A stretch of DNA of 64,000 bases from Adineta vaga (lineage: Eukaryota > Animalia > Rotifera). The DNA lies in the NCBI GenBank assembly GCA_021613535.1, contig CP075497.1, forward strand, positions 13,578,001-13,642,000, read 5' to 3'. A program made the translations under genes and the position numbers. Shown here one piece after another: positions 11,226 to 25,039 of this stretch (positions are counted from its first letter, which is position 1; each line of letters starts with the position of its first letter). The notes beneath the pieces were generated by a model. That model saw only the letters and a list, made by a program, of their open reading frames with translations, was not told where the DNA came from and searched no databases.

Positions 11226-14200
11226 TATATGATTTCCTTTTTACATTCAAGAAAAACAACACTTAACACATATCATTTATAAATTCCACAAATTCTCATT
11301 TTTATTTTAAACTTCTTAGTCAGAAATCAATTGAATTTGATCATGTTTAAGCTATTAAGCCATTTGACGATACTGTGAAATTCAGTCGAAACCGGTCATG
11401 ACGGTTTTAGTCACACACACACACCTTTTGAATATAAGGCCGTTAATACAGGTAAATATACATTGAAGAATGAGATATATTCATTCTTATCTATACGAAG
11501 GAGGAATAGGCAATTTATTTTATTTGATGAATAGAAATTGTCGATTGCTCCTCGTTTCGATACGCTTCACAGAAATTATTATAAAACCAAATATATCGTG
11601 ATCAATAAAAAGTAAGTATATGCAGCAGTTGGTTAGAGATTTTAGTTGAAAGTCAAGTGTATAGCAATAAAAAATACTATATATAATCTATACTTCTAAT
11701 TTAGAGAAAAGAGTAGAAGTGTTAATTATGTACATAGTATTTTAGATTTTGAAAGTAAGAAAGAAAATTATAGTTTGTTCAATTTGCTATATAACCAGTG
11801 GCGTAGCCAAGGGAGAGGTAATGAGTAATTGTCCATTTTAATTTGAGGTTTACCCATTGTAATTTCGTATTGATAAGGCTTTGCCTATTAAATTTTATTC
11901 TCCTAGAATTTGTATACTTGTTTTTTGATTATTTAGAAGCCTCAGTTTTCAGAAATTTTAGCAGTATTTTTATCGAAAAATTACCCAAAACCGAGGTTCT
12001 TCATTAAAAGTTTGATATATTTTTCTGGGTCCGGTGTAAAGACTATAAAATATTTTGAAAATCTGCCTGAAAATCTCAAAATTGCTGAAAAAATTTTAAA
12101 CACCTGAATATCAAAAAATTTGCGGGTTTAAGAGAAGTCCTTGAGGGGTTTCCAATGTAGGGAAGTAGTCTAAATATCTTTTGCTCCTATATGAATTATA
12201 GATGCATTCTAGATATCAGATGAGTGAACTGTTTGAAAATTTACATCCTACCAATTTCATATAATGACGTAGAAGTTCTCTAAAAAACTTAGTTGAAAAA
12301 AATTAAAAATCGGGCTCTGTTAAGTTGCAGCCCCAAATATTGACTATATTTTAAAATAAACCCGAGTTTTCTAGCTTTCAGAATGGTGGAGAAATCTGGG
12401 GCTCACGAAAACCTATGTTTTGGGCCTTATTATTAATCTATCTTCTACAACCCTTAAGACTTCAGGCTGAAATTTTTATCACGAGGTGCCCAGTTCAAGA
12501 TAAATCTGTTCTGAAATTTTCGTTAAGATTCAATGTTCTATGGCAAAAATAAAATTTTGGGTGGGAAGTGGGCCTTAAATATAAGTATATCTCGATCTTG
12601 TTTGATAAAATGAATAAAATTTTGTTGTAGTTTATATTTTGAAAGCATTGAGTTGTGATTGATTCTACTAGTACCCGTCATGAATGACAGAAGGAAGTAT
12701 GGAATGTTTGGTAGGTATTACTTGAGTAGCACTGTTGAAATATTTTCTGTAATACAGTAGACAATTGTTCAATTTATCCTGGTGGGTCAAAGGTAGTAAT
12801 TTATTTTTTGTCTTGATCAATAATCTGTAATGATAATTTTGTTACAGTTAAGTATACATCTTCCCTTTTTTACAATAGAAACATTTGCGATTCATTTTAA
12901 TTGGTGAATGGAATGGATTTGTTTTTATTGTTTTTATTTTATGAATTTGAGGTTGGATGTTATTCCCTTCTTCACTCGCAACTCTGAGACATACATACAG
13001 TAACGGCAGCAACCAGAGCCACTTTGACAACTCGAAATTGGTTAAATTTTATTTTTTTATATGGAATCCCTATGCAAGCAACGAAGTTAGTATTATGTTT
13101 TACTTTTTTGATTTATTTATTTGTTTATTATATGTTTGGCTTATTCGTAATAGTGTAAGTATGATTTTTTTATTTACATTCTATTTATTTAATCATTCTG
13201 TCTATTGTGTTTTTACGAAAATTTGGGTTAATATTGATGGTTCATTTTAATTTTATGCATATGCTCTTAACTCGTTTTTATTGAACAGACAACGTTAGTA
13301 TCATGTTTTCTTTTGGATTAGAGTTATCGTTTTGTCTATTTAAAATATTATCTTTATTGAAGAACCTATGAATGAATGGATATTTAGTTTCATTGTATTT
13401 GATATACTAATATTATCTTTGTTGGATATGCAATGGTTTATTCATATTGGATTTTTATTTACATTTTGTTTCTTTTAGTTATTTTGATTCAGAACTTTAT
13501 GCAATATTTCAGGTAAATATCGCTATTTATTTTAATTGTATTTAATTTATTGCTTTCCAATTCTTGTTCATGAAACGGTAGATGTATATTGAATCACAAA
13601 TAGGACTGTTCATTTATCTTTAGTTTATAAATATAAAGATAAGATAGAGAACAATGAAATTTTATTTCCTTGTGATCCTAGAATTTTGTCGTTTTCATCT
13701 GGGCCACCAAGTACGATAAGGTCACGAGCTAAAAAGAATTTTTAAGATATGTTTTTTTCATGACTTTATTATGTCTCACATTCATTTGTTAGCACTATTT
13801 GATACTAGAATGCAGTTAATGAGAAAAATAACTGCAATCAATGTTGCCTGCTATTATATGAATTATTTCATTTGGAATAATTTTTGAAGACAAACGAACA
13901 AATGTTTGAAAAGGCAGTGAAGAGATATGTGCAATACACTATATACAACATTCCTTCTATGCATTATCAGCGCAAGGATGCTAAAAAACATACGCGGTAC
14001 ATTTTGTAGGTCCTGGAAGAGTATGTGAATATTATCTTCAAATTGAGTAGTCTTAAGCAGTGTAGAATTCTAAATAAATTAAAGGGTCGTCATATTTTAG
14101 ATAAAATATGCCTTAAGAAGTTTTACACATCTTCAGACAAGCAAGACAATAAATTCTATGAAAATAATCGCTAAAAATCGACTAAAAATGCGTTCATTTG

Positions 14201-16378
14201 ATGTTTTATGATGCCTCTAGCTTCTTGACGCAAACTTTATAAAAGTATGATAATTCCTCAATTTTTTCGCAGCTGGACACATTTTAAGATGATTTCCTCA
14301 GAAATAAAATTTCACGAACACTTTATAAACTTAAAAAATAGGCTTCTGGAATTTTTCTAAACAGTAGACTGGTAGTGCATCGATCAAATCGCCCCATCTG
14401 GTGTATCCGATGGGACTTTGAATTGGCTGTGTAAACCACTATTTACTTGTCTTTGACAAATCATTTTTAAAAAATTAGTATTACGAAACGAAAGATGCCT
14501 TAAATTTTGGTTCCTCACAAAACTTATCATTTTTCTCTTATAAATCGATTTTGTGTTTGGATCAAAATTCAATTGCACAGGCTTTCAATAATAGTAGTAT
14601 TCATTTAAAATTGTTACTATACTATCATTTTGTTGTTGCTAAGTAACTATTTCAATTTGTCACTAGTCAAATTAATGTTTACTGTATTTTTACGATTAAA
14701 GAGAAATTATTTGAATCTATTATTTTTTTTTCGCTACAACGTGTCGAAAGCAGTCGAACAGTTTTATCCCTTTCTGTTTCTCTACAATTTTCAATAAATT
14801 TATTGAAGTTTATTTCATGTTGTGAGAATCCAATTAGAACTCTTTTACTTCCAAAAATTTCCCCGACTTATCTCTTTGATGTTACATTTAAGAATAGGTC
14901 TAACGTTCAACTGTTCTCAAAGAGAAATATCCGAATTCTTGATCGAAAATGCGTTAAAAAAATCAAAATTTGTAGTTTAACGTCAGTTAATGTATAGATG
15001 ACTTGCAATCAAACCAAAGAAATATTACATGTTCTTATTTAAACAATCTAAATTGATGTAAACGACGATGATATAATATTTTCTATTGTCGATATCCAGA
15101 ATTCTAAGCAAGATAAAAATAAAAAGTAAATATTTAGTAGATTACTTCCTTTGATCAGCTAAAATTGATTTAAGGAACTGGTCATTTTTATTAATCTAAA
15201 AAGTTTTACTAATCGACTAGATTTTTGTAGATTGATTTCCAACTACAGAGTGGTAAATAATATTATTTAATAGAGGTCGTGCTATGATTTCATGTAGAAA
15301 TACTAAATCATTTGAATGACTTATCAGGACTTTGATCAACACAACCGATAGCTTTGTACGAGATATTGATTTTACATTTTAGTGTAAATCTCGAAATCCT
15401 TCTAGTATTTTTTAGCATCAATAACAGTCTTTTGAAATTCGCTAGCATATCTTTGCTTTCAAGAATATACCGATGGAAAATCTTCCTGAAAACATATTAA
15501 CATAATATGGTGCTAGTTTCGTTAAAGTGAATGGTTCTGTGTCCTTTATATGATTGTCTTGGGAAGTTATCTTTGTGATTATAGTACTACTAGTATGTCA
15601 CTGACTTGCAGCTTTCGAAGTTATTGAAATTCTTAATATATTTTAGGATGAATTTAAATAGGCACACATGTTTTTAATTGGAAAGTATTCATCCTAACAC
15701 CAAGAATTCTTAATTCATTTTTAGACTATGACGACTTTTGATGTATAATGTTCATCGAAAATTCTCTTCATCGTTGAGAAGATTCTTTTTTAGCCCTTAG
15801 AATAAATGTTATTAGAGATTTTTTCAGATAGCTACGTAAACACGACCGACAATCGCAATCGATAAGCATATAATCTTCATATATTACAATACGAGTATAT
15901 AATGTTATATGTTCAAATTTTGTGACAATTTTTGAGAGATGATAAGTTTGAAAAACATGATTATAGTTCGATATACGGCTGTTGTGCGTCGAATATCATC
16001 AATATGGTGAGAAAAAAAGCAGCATCCATACATGATCGTTTATATTTTCCTCTTATTCAGACTTAATGATGTTACAAATGAGTTGTTTGATATGAACGAG
16101 TTCGAAAGATAATTTTAAAAAAAACAGCTTAAACCAAAGTATTTGTTATTGTAATGAAATAAAAGTTGCGATTCTTTTTTTTCGAGCAACACTAAATGAT
16201 CGTGAAGAATGCATGAAAGTCTTGTGGCCAATAAAACAAAATCTATCTTGTTTTTATCTCGATGTTTTGTTTAGAATACCTTATTTTCTTTAACATTTGT
16301 GTATTTTATATTTATTCGGTTTTAGATTTCTCATTTATTTCTTTTATTCATTCATTAATTAATATTTGGTAAATTCAA

Positions 16379-19300
16379 ATGGCATCTTTCAATAATTCAT
16401 TAGAACCAGTGGCTATTGTAGGCATAGCCTGTGAATTTGCAGGTGATATTCACTGTGGCAACGATTTGTGGCACGCACTGAAGCACAATCAAGATGTGGG
16501 TAGTGCAATCCCATGTGATCGATTCGATCTCGAGTCCTATTGTGCTCATATGTTTAACAAAGACAATGATGGACAATTTCGGCAGAAACTTATTCGTCGA
16601 GGATATTTTCTGTCAAATAACCAATGGGATATGTTTGACCCAAGTTTCTTCGGTTTGTCCGATGCTGAGTCAGGTAGTATTGATCCATGTCATCGACTAC
16701 TGATGCTCAAGTTTATTCATTTACTTGACGATGCTGGCTATACTATGGAGAAAATGAATGGGTCAAGAACATCTGTGCACATCGGACAATTTTCCACAGA
16801 TCATGCTATAACATCATTTCGCATGAAGTCTGAGCATCGATCGAGATTTCATGGACCCAACAGTTTGCTTTACAATGCTGCTGCTCGACTATCGTATCAT
16901 TTTAATTTACAAGGTCCTAATGTATCATTGGATGTTGCCTGCTCATCGTCGCTGGAGGCTGTACATTTAGCTGTGCAAAGTCTTCGCACAAACGAAGCAG
17001 ACATGGCTATATGTGGTGGAGTGAATGCTGTCTATTCACCAGAGAATCTTTTATATGGTTCGATTATGGGCGCTGTATCACCTGATGGACGAAGTCGATC
17101 GTTTAGTGCTGATGGAAATGGTTATGCAAAAAGTAAACAACACATTTATTTATATTTGTTAATACCTGTGAATCTCTTATGTTTAGGTGATGGTCTTGGT
17201 CTTTTACTATTGAAACGACTGAGTGATGCCGAACGTGATAATGATCGAATATATTGTGTTCTTCGTGATGTACTTAGTAACCATGATGGAAGTGAGGATA
17301 AGAATAGTTTTGTTGTTCCATCAGCTGCCGGTCAGGCACGTTTACTCAATGATATTTACAAGCGAGCAAACTTTGATCCTCGACGTATTTTTTACGTTGA
17401 AGCACATGGCACTGGTACGCCGGTAGGCGACCCGATTGAAGCCAATTGTTTAGGTCAATTTTTCAATCGATCTTCTTTTGATCCTCCATTGTTAATTGGT
17501 TCTGTTAAAAGTAATTTAGGGCACACAGAAGGAGCAGCTGGTATTGCTGGATTGATTAAGATTGCTATGTGTATGCAGCATCGGAGTATTCCACCAAATA
17601 TGCATTTCACATCATTAAATCCAAAAATTGAAGCACAACGATATAATCTTCATGTTGTCCAACATTTCGTACCATTTCCTTTTGGCAGTGACATTAGTCC
17701 CATAACTATGGGCATTAATTCATTTGGTATTGGCGGCAATAATGTACATGCTATTGTTGAAGAATATCGAACAAGTACAACTTCAGCTATGAATAGATTT
17801 GAAAATGATCATGTTCATGGAAGTAATAAGGAGAGCAAACAATATTTCATTTTTATTTTCTCAAGTGAGTTTCATAAATATAAATTGTATGATTAAATAA
17901 TGCACTTCCTTTTCTTCCTTTCAGCAAAAAGTCGTAAATCTCTAAACAATCAAGTAGCTCAATTCAATCAATGGTTACAAAAGACATTAAAAACTAATAT
18001 GAACAGTAATTATGCATTTCTTCAACGTATCTCTCGACAACTTCTTCTAAAACGTACTATTACTCATGGACACTTAGCCATTTTTGTGTTTGCCAATAGT
18101 GAACAACTTCAGGAACAAATCAACGCTTTTCTTGTTGAAGAGACATTACCTGGCCTATCTATATTCGTACGTCCGGTAATATCACTAGCAAAGATATGTT
18201 TTGTTTTTAGCGGACAAGGTCCTCAATGGTGGGCTATGGGTCGACAACTGTATGAAAGTGAACCTGTTTTTACTCGATGGATTCAACTGATTGATGCTGA
18301 AATGACGAACATCAACAATGGTGAATGGTGCCTACTAGAAGAATTAATTGATAAAAAAAGTGAAGACGAATCTCGTATTAATGATACGAATATTGCCCAA
18401 CCAGCTTTATTCGCTATTCAAGTGGGACTGGCTGCTTTACTTGTCTCATGGAATATCTATCCTTCAACTATCGTATCACATAGTGCTGGTGACCAGGCAG
18501 CTGCTTTTGTTGTCGGTCGTCTAACTTTGCAAGAAGCTGTTCGTATTGTTTATCATCGATCACGTCTTCAAAACCGTAATACACGACAAGGCGGTCGTAT
18601 GTTAGCCATATCGATGAGTGAAGACGAAGTACAAAATAAACTTCTCAAAGGGATCGAACATCTTGTTTGTGTTGCTGTTGTTAATAGTCCTCGTTCAGTG
18701 ACATTAAGTGGAGATGAAAAGGTTATCGATGAATTACAACAAACGCTTTCAACATTTTATCCTGATGTTTTCAAAGCTCGTCTTCGTATTGAAAATGCAT
18801 TTCATTCGTATCAAATGGATCGATTCAATATAGAAAAAGAGATGTTATCATCACTAAAAAATATCCAAGGATTTCCTGTGAAAGACTCCCAACAAATGTT
18901 CAATCCAAAATGTGCTGAAGCTCATCTTTATTCGAGTGTAACTGGTAATAAATTAAGTGATCAGATACCGGTCGATGCTCATTATTGGTGGTCAAATGTG
19001 AGACAATGTGTTCGATTTTGTGATGCTATTACATCCATTCAAAAAAATGATGCTGTAACGGTTTTTCTCGAACTTTCACCGCATCCTGTCTTAGCTACAT
19101 CTATTCGAGAATGTTATGAACCGACAAATTTCCAACCACTTATTCTTCCAACATTAAAACGAAAAGAAAACGAGCAAATAACAATACTTGGTAGTCTAGC
19201 ACAATTGACGACATCATCTGATGTTTGGCAACAATATTTTCATACTCGAGATACATTACCGATGATAGACAATGAACAACTATTTGATGATTTTCCATTG

Positions 19301-22300
19301 TATGCATTTGATCTTAGTTCATGTTGGTATGAATCAAAAGATTCAGTTATTACACGTCTTGCTAATCGTATTCCTACTCATCCTCTACTTGGTGTTCGTC
19401 AATTAACAGGGCAAACAAGTGCTACATGGAAAAGTCTCATCAATATTAATCTAGCACAATATGCTTATTTGAAAGATCATAAAATTCAAGATATAATTCT
19501 CTTCCCGGCTGTTGCTTATCTTGAACTTGCAACAGCTGCCTGTCATCAATTATTTTCATCATCAGATAACAAGCAATCTTCAGTTGTTTTGACACAAATC
19601 AAATTTGTCAAAGCTCTCGTTCTTAGTGAACATGAGTTAATAGAAGTGTTCACACAAATTATTATACCAGTTCGTGAATGGTTTGTCTATAGTCGATCAT
19701 GGACATCAGCTGGTTCGGATTGTATGCGTTCATCAGGCATGGGAAGTGCGGATGTTGTCGATTCTTTTATCGATCCAGAAACTCTCAATCAATATTCACT
19801 ACGTGAATTCACTCTACATGCTCATGGTCAAATTGAGATGGATGGCGTTCAAAAAAAATCAACAACACTACTTTCTACTAGCTCAACTTACAATACCTGG
19901 TCAACAAGTGATACAACCAGTATTTATACTTATTTGTCAACACGAGGTTATCAATATGGACCTTCTTTTCGAAACATACAGTCATTATGTGGTACGACAT
20001 CTACAGTTGTTGCTCAAATTCGTGGTAATCTCGATGCAATTACTGATCTCTCTTGCTATTATTTGCTTCATCCAACTTTATTGGATACTTCTTTGCATCC
20101 ACCTCTAGTTTTATTACCTGAACTACATACTACATTTCTTCCGGTTAGTATCGACAAATTTGTTGCTATGAACCAAGCGAATAGATCCACTGTAAATTTT
20201 GAAATGCGTGGAAAATATCATGATATCGTCTGTGGCTTAAGTCAAGAGCGAACATATACTTGTGACTCATTGGTTCTCTCAAGTGATGCCACGATAATTA
20301 AGGAGCCGATGTTCATTTTTGAAGGTCTTATGATTCAACAAGTTCAAGGTGTACAATCTGGTAGGTGGATATTAGAGAAGTCCATTTTTGACAAATTAAA
20401 TACAGCAGCTGATTTGCCCAATGTATATCGTTGTGAACAATTAGACACAATAATAAAAGACTATTGTATGAAAAGAATATGGATGGATTCACCAATAATA
20501 ACAAATGTAGCTGACTTATTTCCATCACTTGATCAGATTCGTAACAGCACAATCGATTTTGTTAGTAATCAAGATTTAATTGATTCAATTGAACCATTCA
20601 ATAAATTAGCTGCATGTTATGCTCAATTATCAATAAAAGATCTCGATCTAAATCTTGTTGATAATCGGTATCGTTCTTTATTAAATGCATGTACTTCTCT
20701 TGCCACTATTGTACATGAACAAATAACATTACACTCTACACAAATTTATCGTAGACATTTACTCAATCGTTTTCCTCGTCTCATGCCATTTTTGATCTCA
20801 TTGGACATATATGGTTCGCGTCTCAAAGATATTTTTACTGGACAACAGAATGGATTAGATGTATTCTTAGGAAACGAAGAGACTGAACGAGCATTGCAAA
20901 AAATAAAAACTATCATTAGTGCAACTAAAACAGAACAGATATTTCATGCAATATGTCAATATTTTCAGATTCGAAATGATCACAGTAGCGATCAGCCATT
21001 CGTCAATCGACGATTACGTATATTTTGGTTTGCCAGTGGCGAACACTTAGATGTTTTGCCTGTTCTTCATCTTCTACTTAATTTATCACGTCAAATAAGT
21101 TTATGGATTGACTTACACTATGCGGATATGGATCCAGTACAACTCGCACAAGCTAAAGAATTATTTGAAACGCACTTGACTGATCAAACTCATGTAAATA
21201 TAGTATACGATCAAACAATTGATTTGTTTAACAATGAAATTCTTGAAAAAATTCCATTCGAATCTTTTGATATTGTGTTTGCTGCAAATAAATTACAGGA
21301 AAGTGAAGATTTGATGAGATCTTTAATTAAACTTCGTCATCCACTCGTTCCCAATGGTCTTCTTTTATTACTTGAACTAACTGATGTTCCTCTGTATTTC
21401 GATCTTATTTTTGGCCTACTAGATCAGTGGTGGCTAGAATCTGGTAATCTGCGTTCTCTCCATGATATTCATCATTGGACTACAGCTTTAAGAGAAATTG
21501 GTGGATTTGAATGTGTCGAGACAGTGATGAGTCAATGTGAAAGTACGCTAATTATTGCTCAAAAGACAATATCTTACAAGATACTACAAACACTTGATGA
21601 AAGAAAAAATCAAGCATGGTTATACTTTGGCAAAAATGATCCACAGAGTCTTGGTAATACCATTGTACCGTTTTTGCCATGTTCAGACGTTCCATTTTTT
21701 GATATTTGTATCTCAACGATTGATGTAATTCGTTCCAAACTTCAAATACTAATGAATAAATACAAACAATTGTATATTATTTTTGCCTGGCCATTTGAGC
21801 AAACTTCCTTAGGTGACAATAGCGATATGGCATTTAAACAACACGAAAACTCTATTTGTAGCATCTTCATCCAACTTCTTCAAATAATTCACGCAACATC
21901 TCCTAGTTTTCTTCCGTTTATATTTGTTATCACACGACATGCGCAGCTAAATACTGGCTCTGACTGCAATATCATCGATGCACCACTTATCGGCCTTGTG
22001 CGAAGCTTAATAGTTGAATATGAACAGCATCATCTGAAACTCATCGATTTACAAGCACCACCAACTATGATTAATCAATCGGCATTTGTTCAAGCTTTGG
22101 CACAATTTATGGTAACTTCTCGATATACAAAGAATACTGATGAGATTGTTCTTTATCTTGATAAAAATGAAAATAAAGTCAAACATATCACATGGCACTA
22201 TGAAATGTTACGAACACAGGAGAGAAAAGAAAAACAATCAGAACTAAAACAGATTTGTATTATTCCTCAACAAGATGTCAATCAACAACCATTCCGTCTT

Positions 22301-25039
22301 TGTGTGCCTCGATCTCGTTTTCTCACTGAATTAACATGGACTCTCGACAACAGAGCAAAAGAGTTATTACCAGGGAAGGTAGAAGTTCAAATTCACTGTG
22401 TTGGTATTAACTTTCGTGATGTATTGAAAGCACGAGGTTTATATCCATATACTCGTACATTTGCACAACTCGACGAGCATCAGCCATATATGAATCGAGA
22501 CACCGAACTAGGCTCAGATTTTGTTGGCACCATCATTCGTGCGTGTCCTGATGTCAGTTTTCAGCCAGGTGATCATGTTGTAGGCATCTCTGCATGTGGT
22601 GTATTTCGTTCGCATGTCATTGTCGACTCAACGCAAGTAGTATGTATTCCAACTGAGTGTCCGCTCACCGATGAACAATTATCAGTTATGCCTGTCATAT
22701 GTCTGACAGTTATCTATTCTCTCAAATATCGGGTTCATTTGCGACGTGGCCAAACTGTTCTCATTCATGCTGCAACGGGTGGTGCTGGTCAAATTTGTAT
22801 ACAGTATTGTCAATGGATTGGTGCTCGTGTTTTGGCTACAGCTGGAACTGAAGAAAAGCGACGATTTTTACGTGAACATTATGGTATCGAATATGTATTT
22901 AATAGTCGAGACACTTCTTTTGTTGGTGATGTGAGAAATATTCTACCTCATGGTGTTGATGTTGTCATTAATTCGTTATCAGGTATACTTTTACAAGAAT
23001 CCATTAAACTACTTGCTAATCATGGTCATTTTGTTGAATGGGGGAAACGAGATATTTTTGACAAGAGTCAATTATCGATGTTTGACTTTCGATCGGATTG
23101 TAGTTTTCATGTTATCGATTTAGTTTTAATTCTTGGAAAATACCCAGATATCTGCATTGCTATGCTACAAGAAATGGTTAATTTACTTATCCAAGGCAAA
23201 TTAAAAGTAATCGAACCCACAGTTGTGTATGAACCATCTCAAGTGATTGATGCATTTATAAGATGTAATAGCGGTCAATTTATGGGGAAAGCTGTTGTTC
23301 GTGTAACCAAGTCTAATGAATCGCTCTATTTGAATAGCATACATCAGTATAATTTACCTAAAGGTAACTGTTACTAATCTTGCCTTTTGTTTCTAATAAA
23401 TATAATTTTAGATAGTGACATAATGTTTCCTTCGAATGTCTGCCAGCAAGGAACGGTTCTGATTTCTGGTGGATTTGGAGGTCTTGGATTGACAATGTCT
23501 CGGTGGATGATAGAGAAACGAGATGTAAAACGTATTATACTCATGACTCGTCGGACATTAGCTGAACTTGAGCAATCTTCGAATCCACAATATGATGATT
23601 GGTTACGATTAAAACAAACAATAAGTGCATATCAAGCGCATGTTGATGTTGTTCAAGCAGATGTAACAAATTTTGATCAAGTATATGATCTAATAGAAAA
23701 ATTAAGTCGAACTTCTTATCCTGTTCGAGGAGTTATTCATAGTGCTGTAGTTACAGAAGACCGAACATTAGCTAAAATGACACCAGAATATTTGACAAAT
23801 GTTTTAGCAGCAAAAGTTTGTGGTGCTTGGATTCTTCATCAAGTAACACAGCTTACCCATGCTCCTCTTCACTTTTTCCTAATGTTTTCATCAATTCGAA
23901 ATCATCTCCTTGAAGTGGCATCGTCCGGTTACAATGCTGGCAATCAATTTCTCGATGCTCTAGCTCACTATCGCATGAATCAACAAAATTTACCTGCTCT
24001 CTCAGTTAGTTTGCCTGCTGTAAGTGGTGCGGGTATGTTTCATCGACAGCGGGATATGCTCAACACTTTACAAAGTACACATGGCTTTGAAGTATTGCCA
24101 CCAATAGCTGTATTCGAGTTGATCGAACGGTTTCATACAAATCAGAAGGTTTGCCCATGTCCTGTTATTTTTGCTGTTAATTGGCAAACATTGTATGAAA
24201 GACGTCACAAATTGCCAATATTTCAATTGAATAAAATAATAGAAGAACGCTATACTGCTATGAAACTCGTAAATATATCAAAAACATCAACGGAAAACAA
24301 TAGTACGACTACTTTGAACTTGAATGGAAGAGAAACTATTATTGAACGAACTCAGATGACTGTAGCACACCTTCTTGGTACAGCAGATATTGATCGTGTC
24401 TTAGTTGATCGGTCACTGGTTAGTCAAGGTATAGACTCATTAGCAGCTCTTTCATTATACAATTGGTTGGGAAAAGAGACAGGTGTTTACATTCCATTAG
24501 TTGATCTACTTCAAGGATATTCTATTGAAACTATTGCAACAGTGATTCATAATAAGCTCAACGAACGACATCAAGTTGTATCATCGAATATTAAAGAGGA
24601 ACATATGGATACTGATCTAATCGAAGAAAATGAAATAAAACTATCTCATAACTCTAATTACACTGGTGTAGAGAATATCATCTGTCTTCAATGTCCACTG
24701 CAGTACAATAGTCATGTTTTCTTCTGTATTACGGAGCAGTCACCAACTAATACTGATAACCTGAATAAATTCTTAATTGACAAAATATATGAGCATCAAA
24801 ATCAGACAAGATCAGTTGTCGTTTATGCTATCCAAATATCATCTGTAACATCAACATCATCGATATCTACTTACGCTCGTGATATGATTTTGCAAATGCG
24901 TCGTATTCAGCCACATGGACCTTATCAATTAGTGGCTGTTCGCAACAAACAGGAAGAAATCATTGCACATGAAATGATACGACAACTTAAGGATCATCTA
25001 ATGATTATCAATAGTCGATTACTTCTTTTGAACGATTAG
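16379..25039 (+). CDS. Reducing type I polyketide synthase KS-AT-DH-pseudoMT-ER-KR-ACP-pseudoTE, 4 exons, about 2832 aa
   Basis: Introns 17133-17186, 17865-17924 and 23364-23411 give one continuous frame. KS DVACSSS, EAHGTGT, KSNLGH; AT SHSAG, NAFHS; DH HPLLG, DHKIQDIILFP, LLDTSLH; ER LIHAATGGAG; KR ISGGFGGLG, SSGYNAGN; ACP GIDSL; terminal RRIQPHGPYQL TE-like remnant. Confidence 0.93.

Noticed and set aside
11796-11820. cagtggcgtagccaaggg, resembling a hAT TIR
   Set aside because: No partner TIR or TSD found; at most a solo end.
11950-12580. Possible TTAA-type non-autonomous element ending gggccttaa
   Set aside because: Matching left end not identified.
12848-14997. Short ORFs and possible gene remnants between the MITEs and the PKS
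   Set aside because: Low-complexity AT-rich translations with no recognisable motif or consistent splice pattern.
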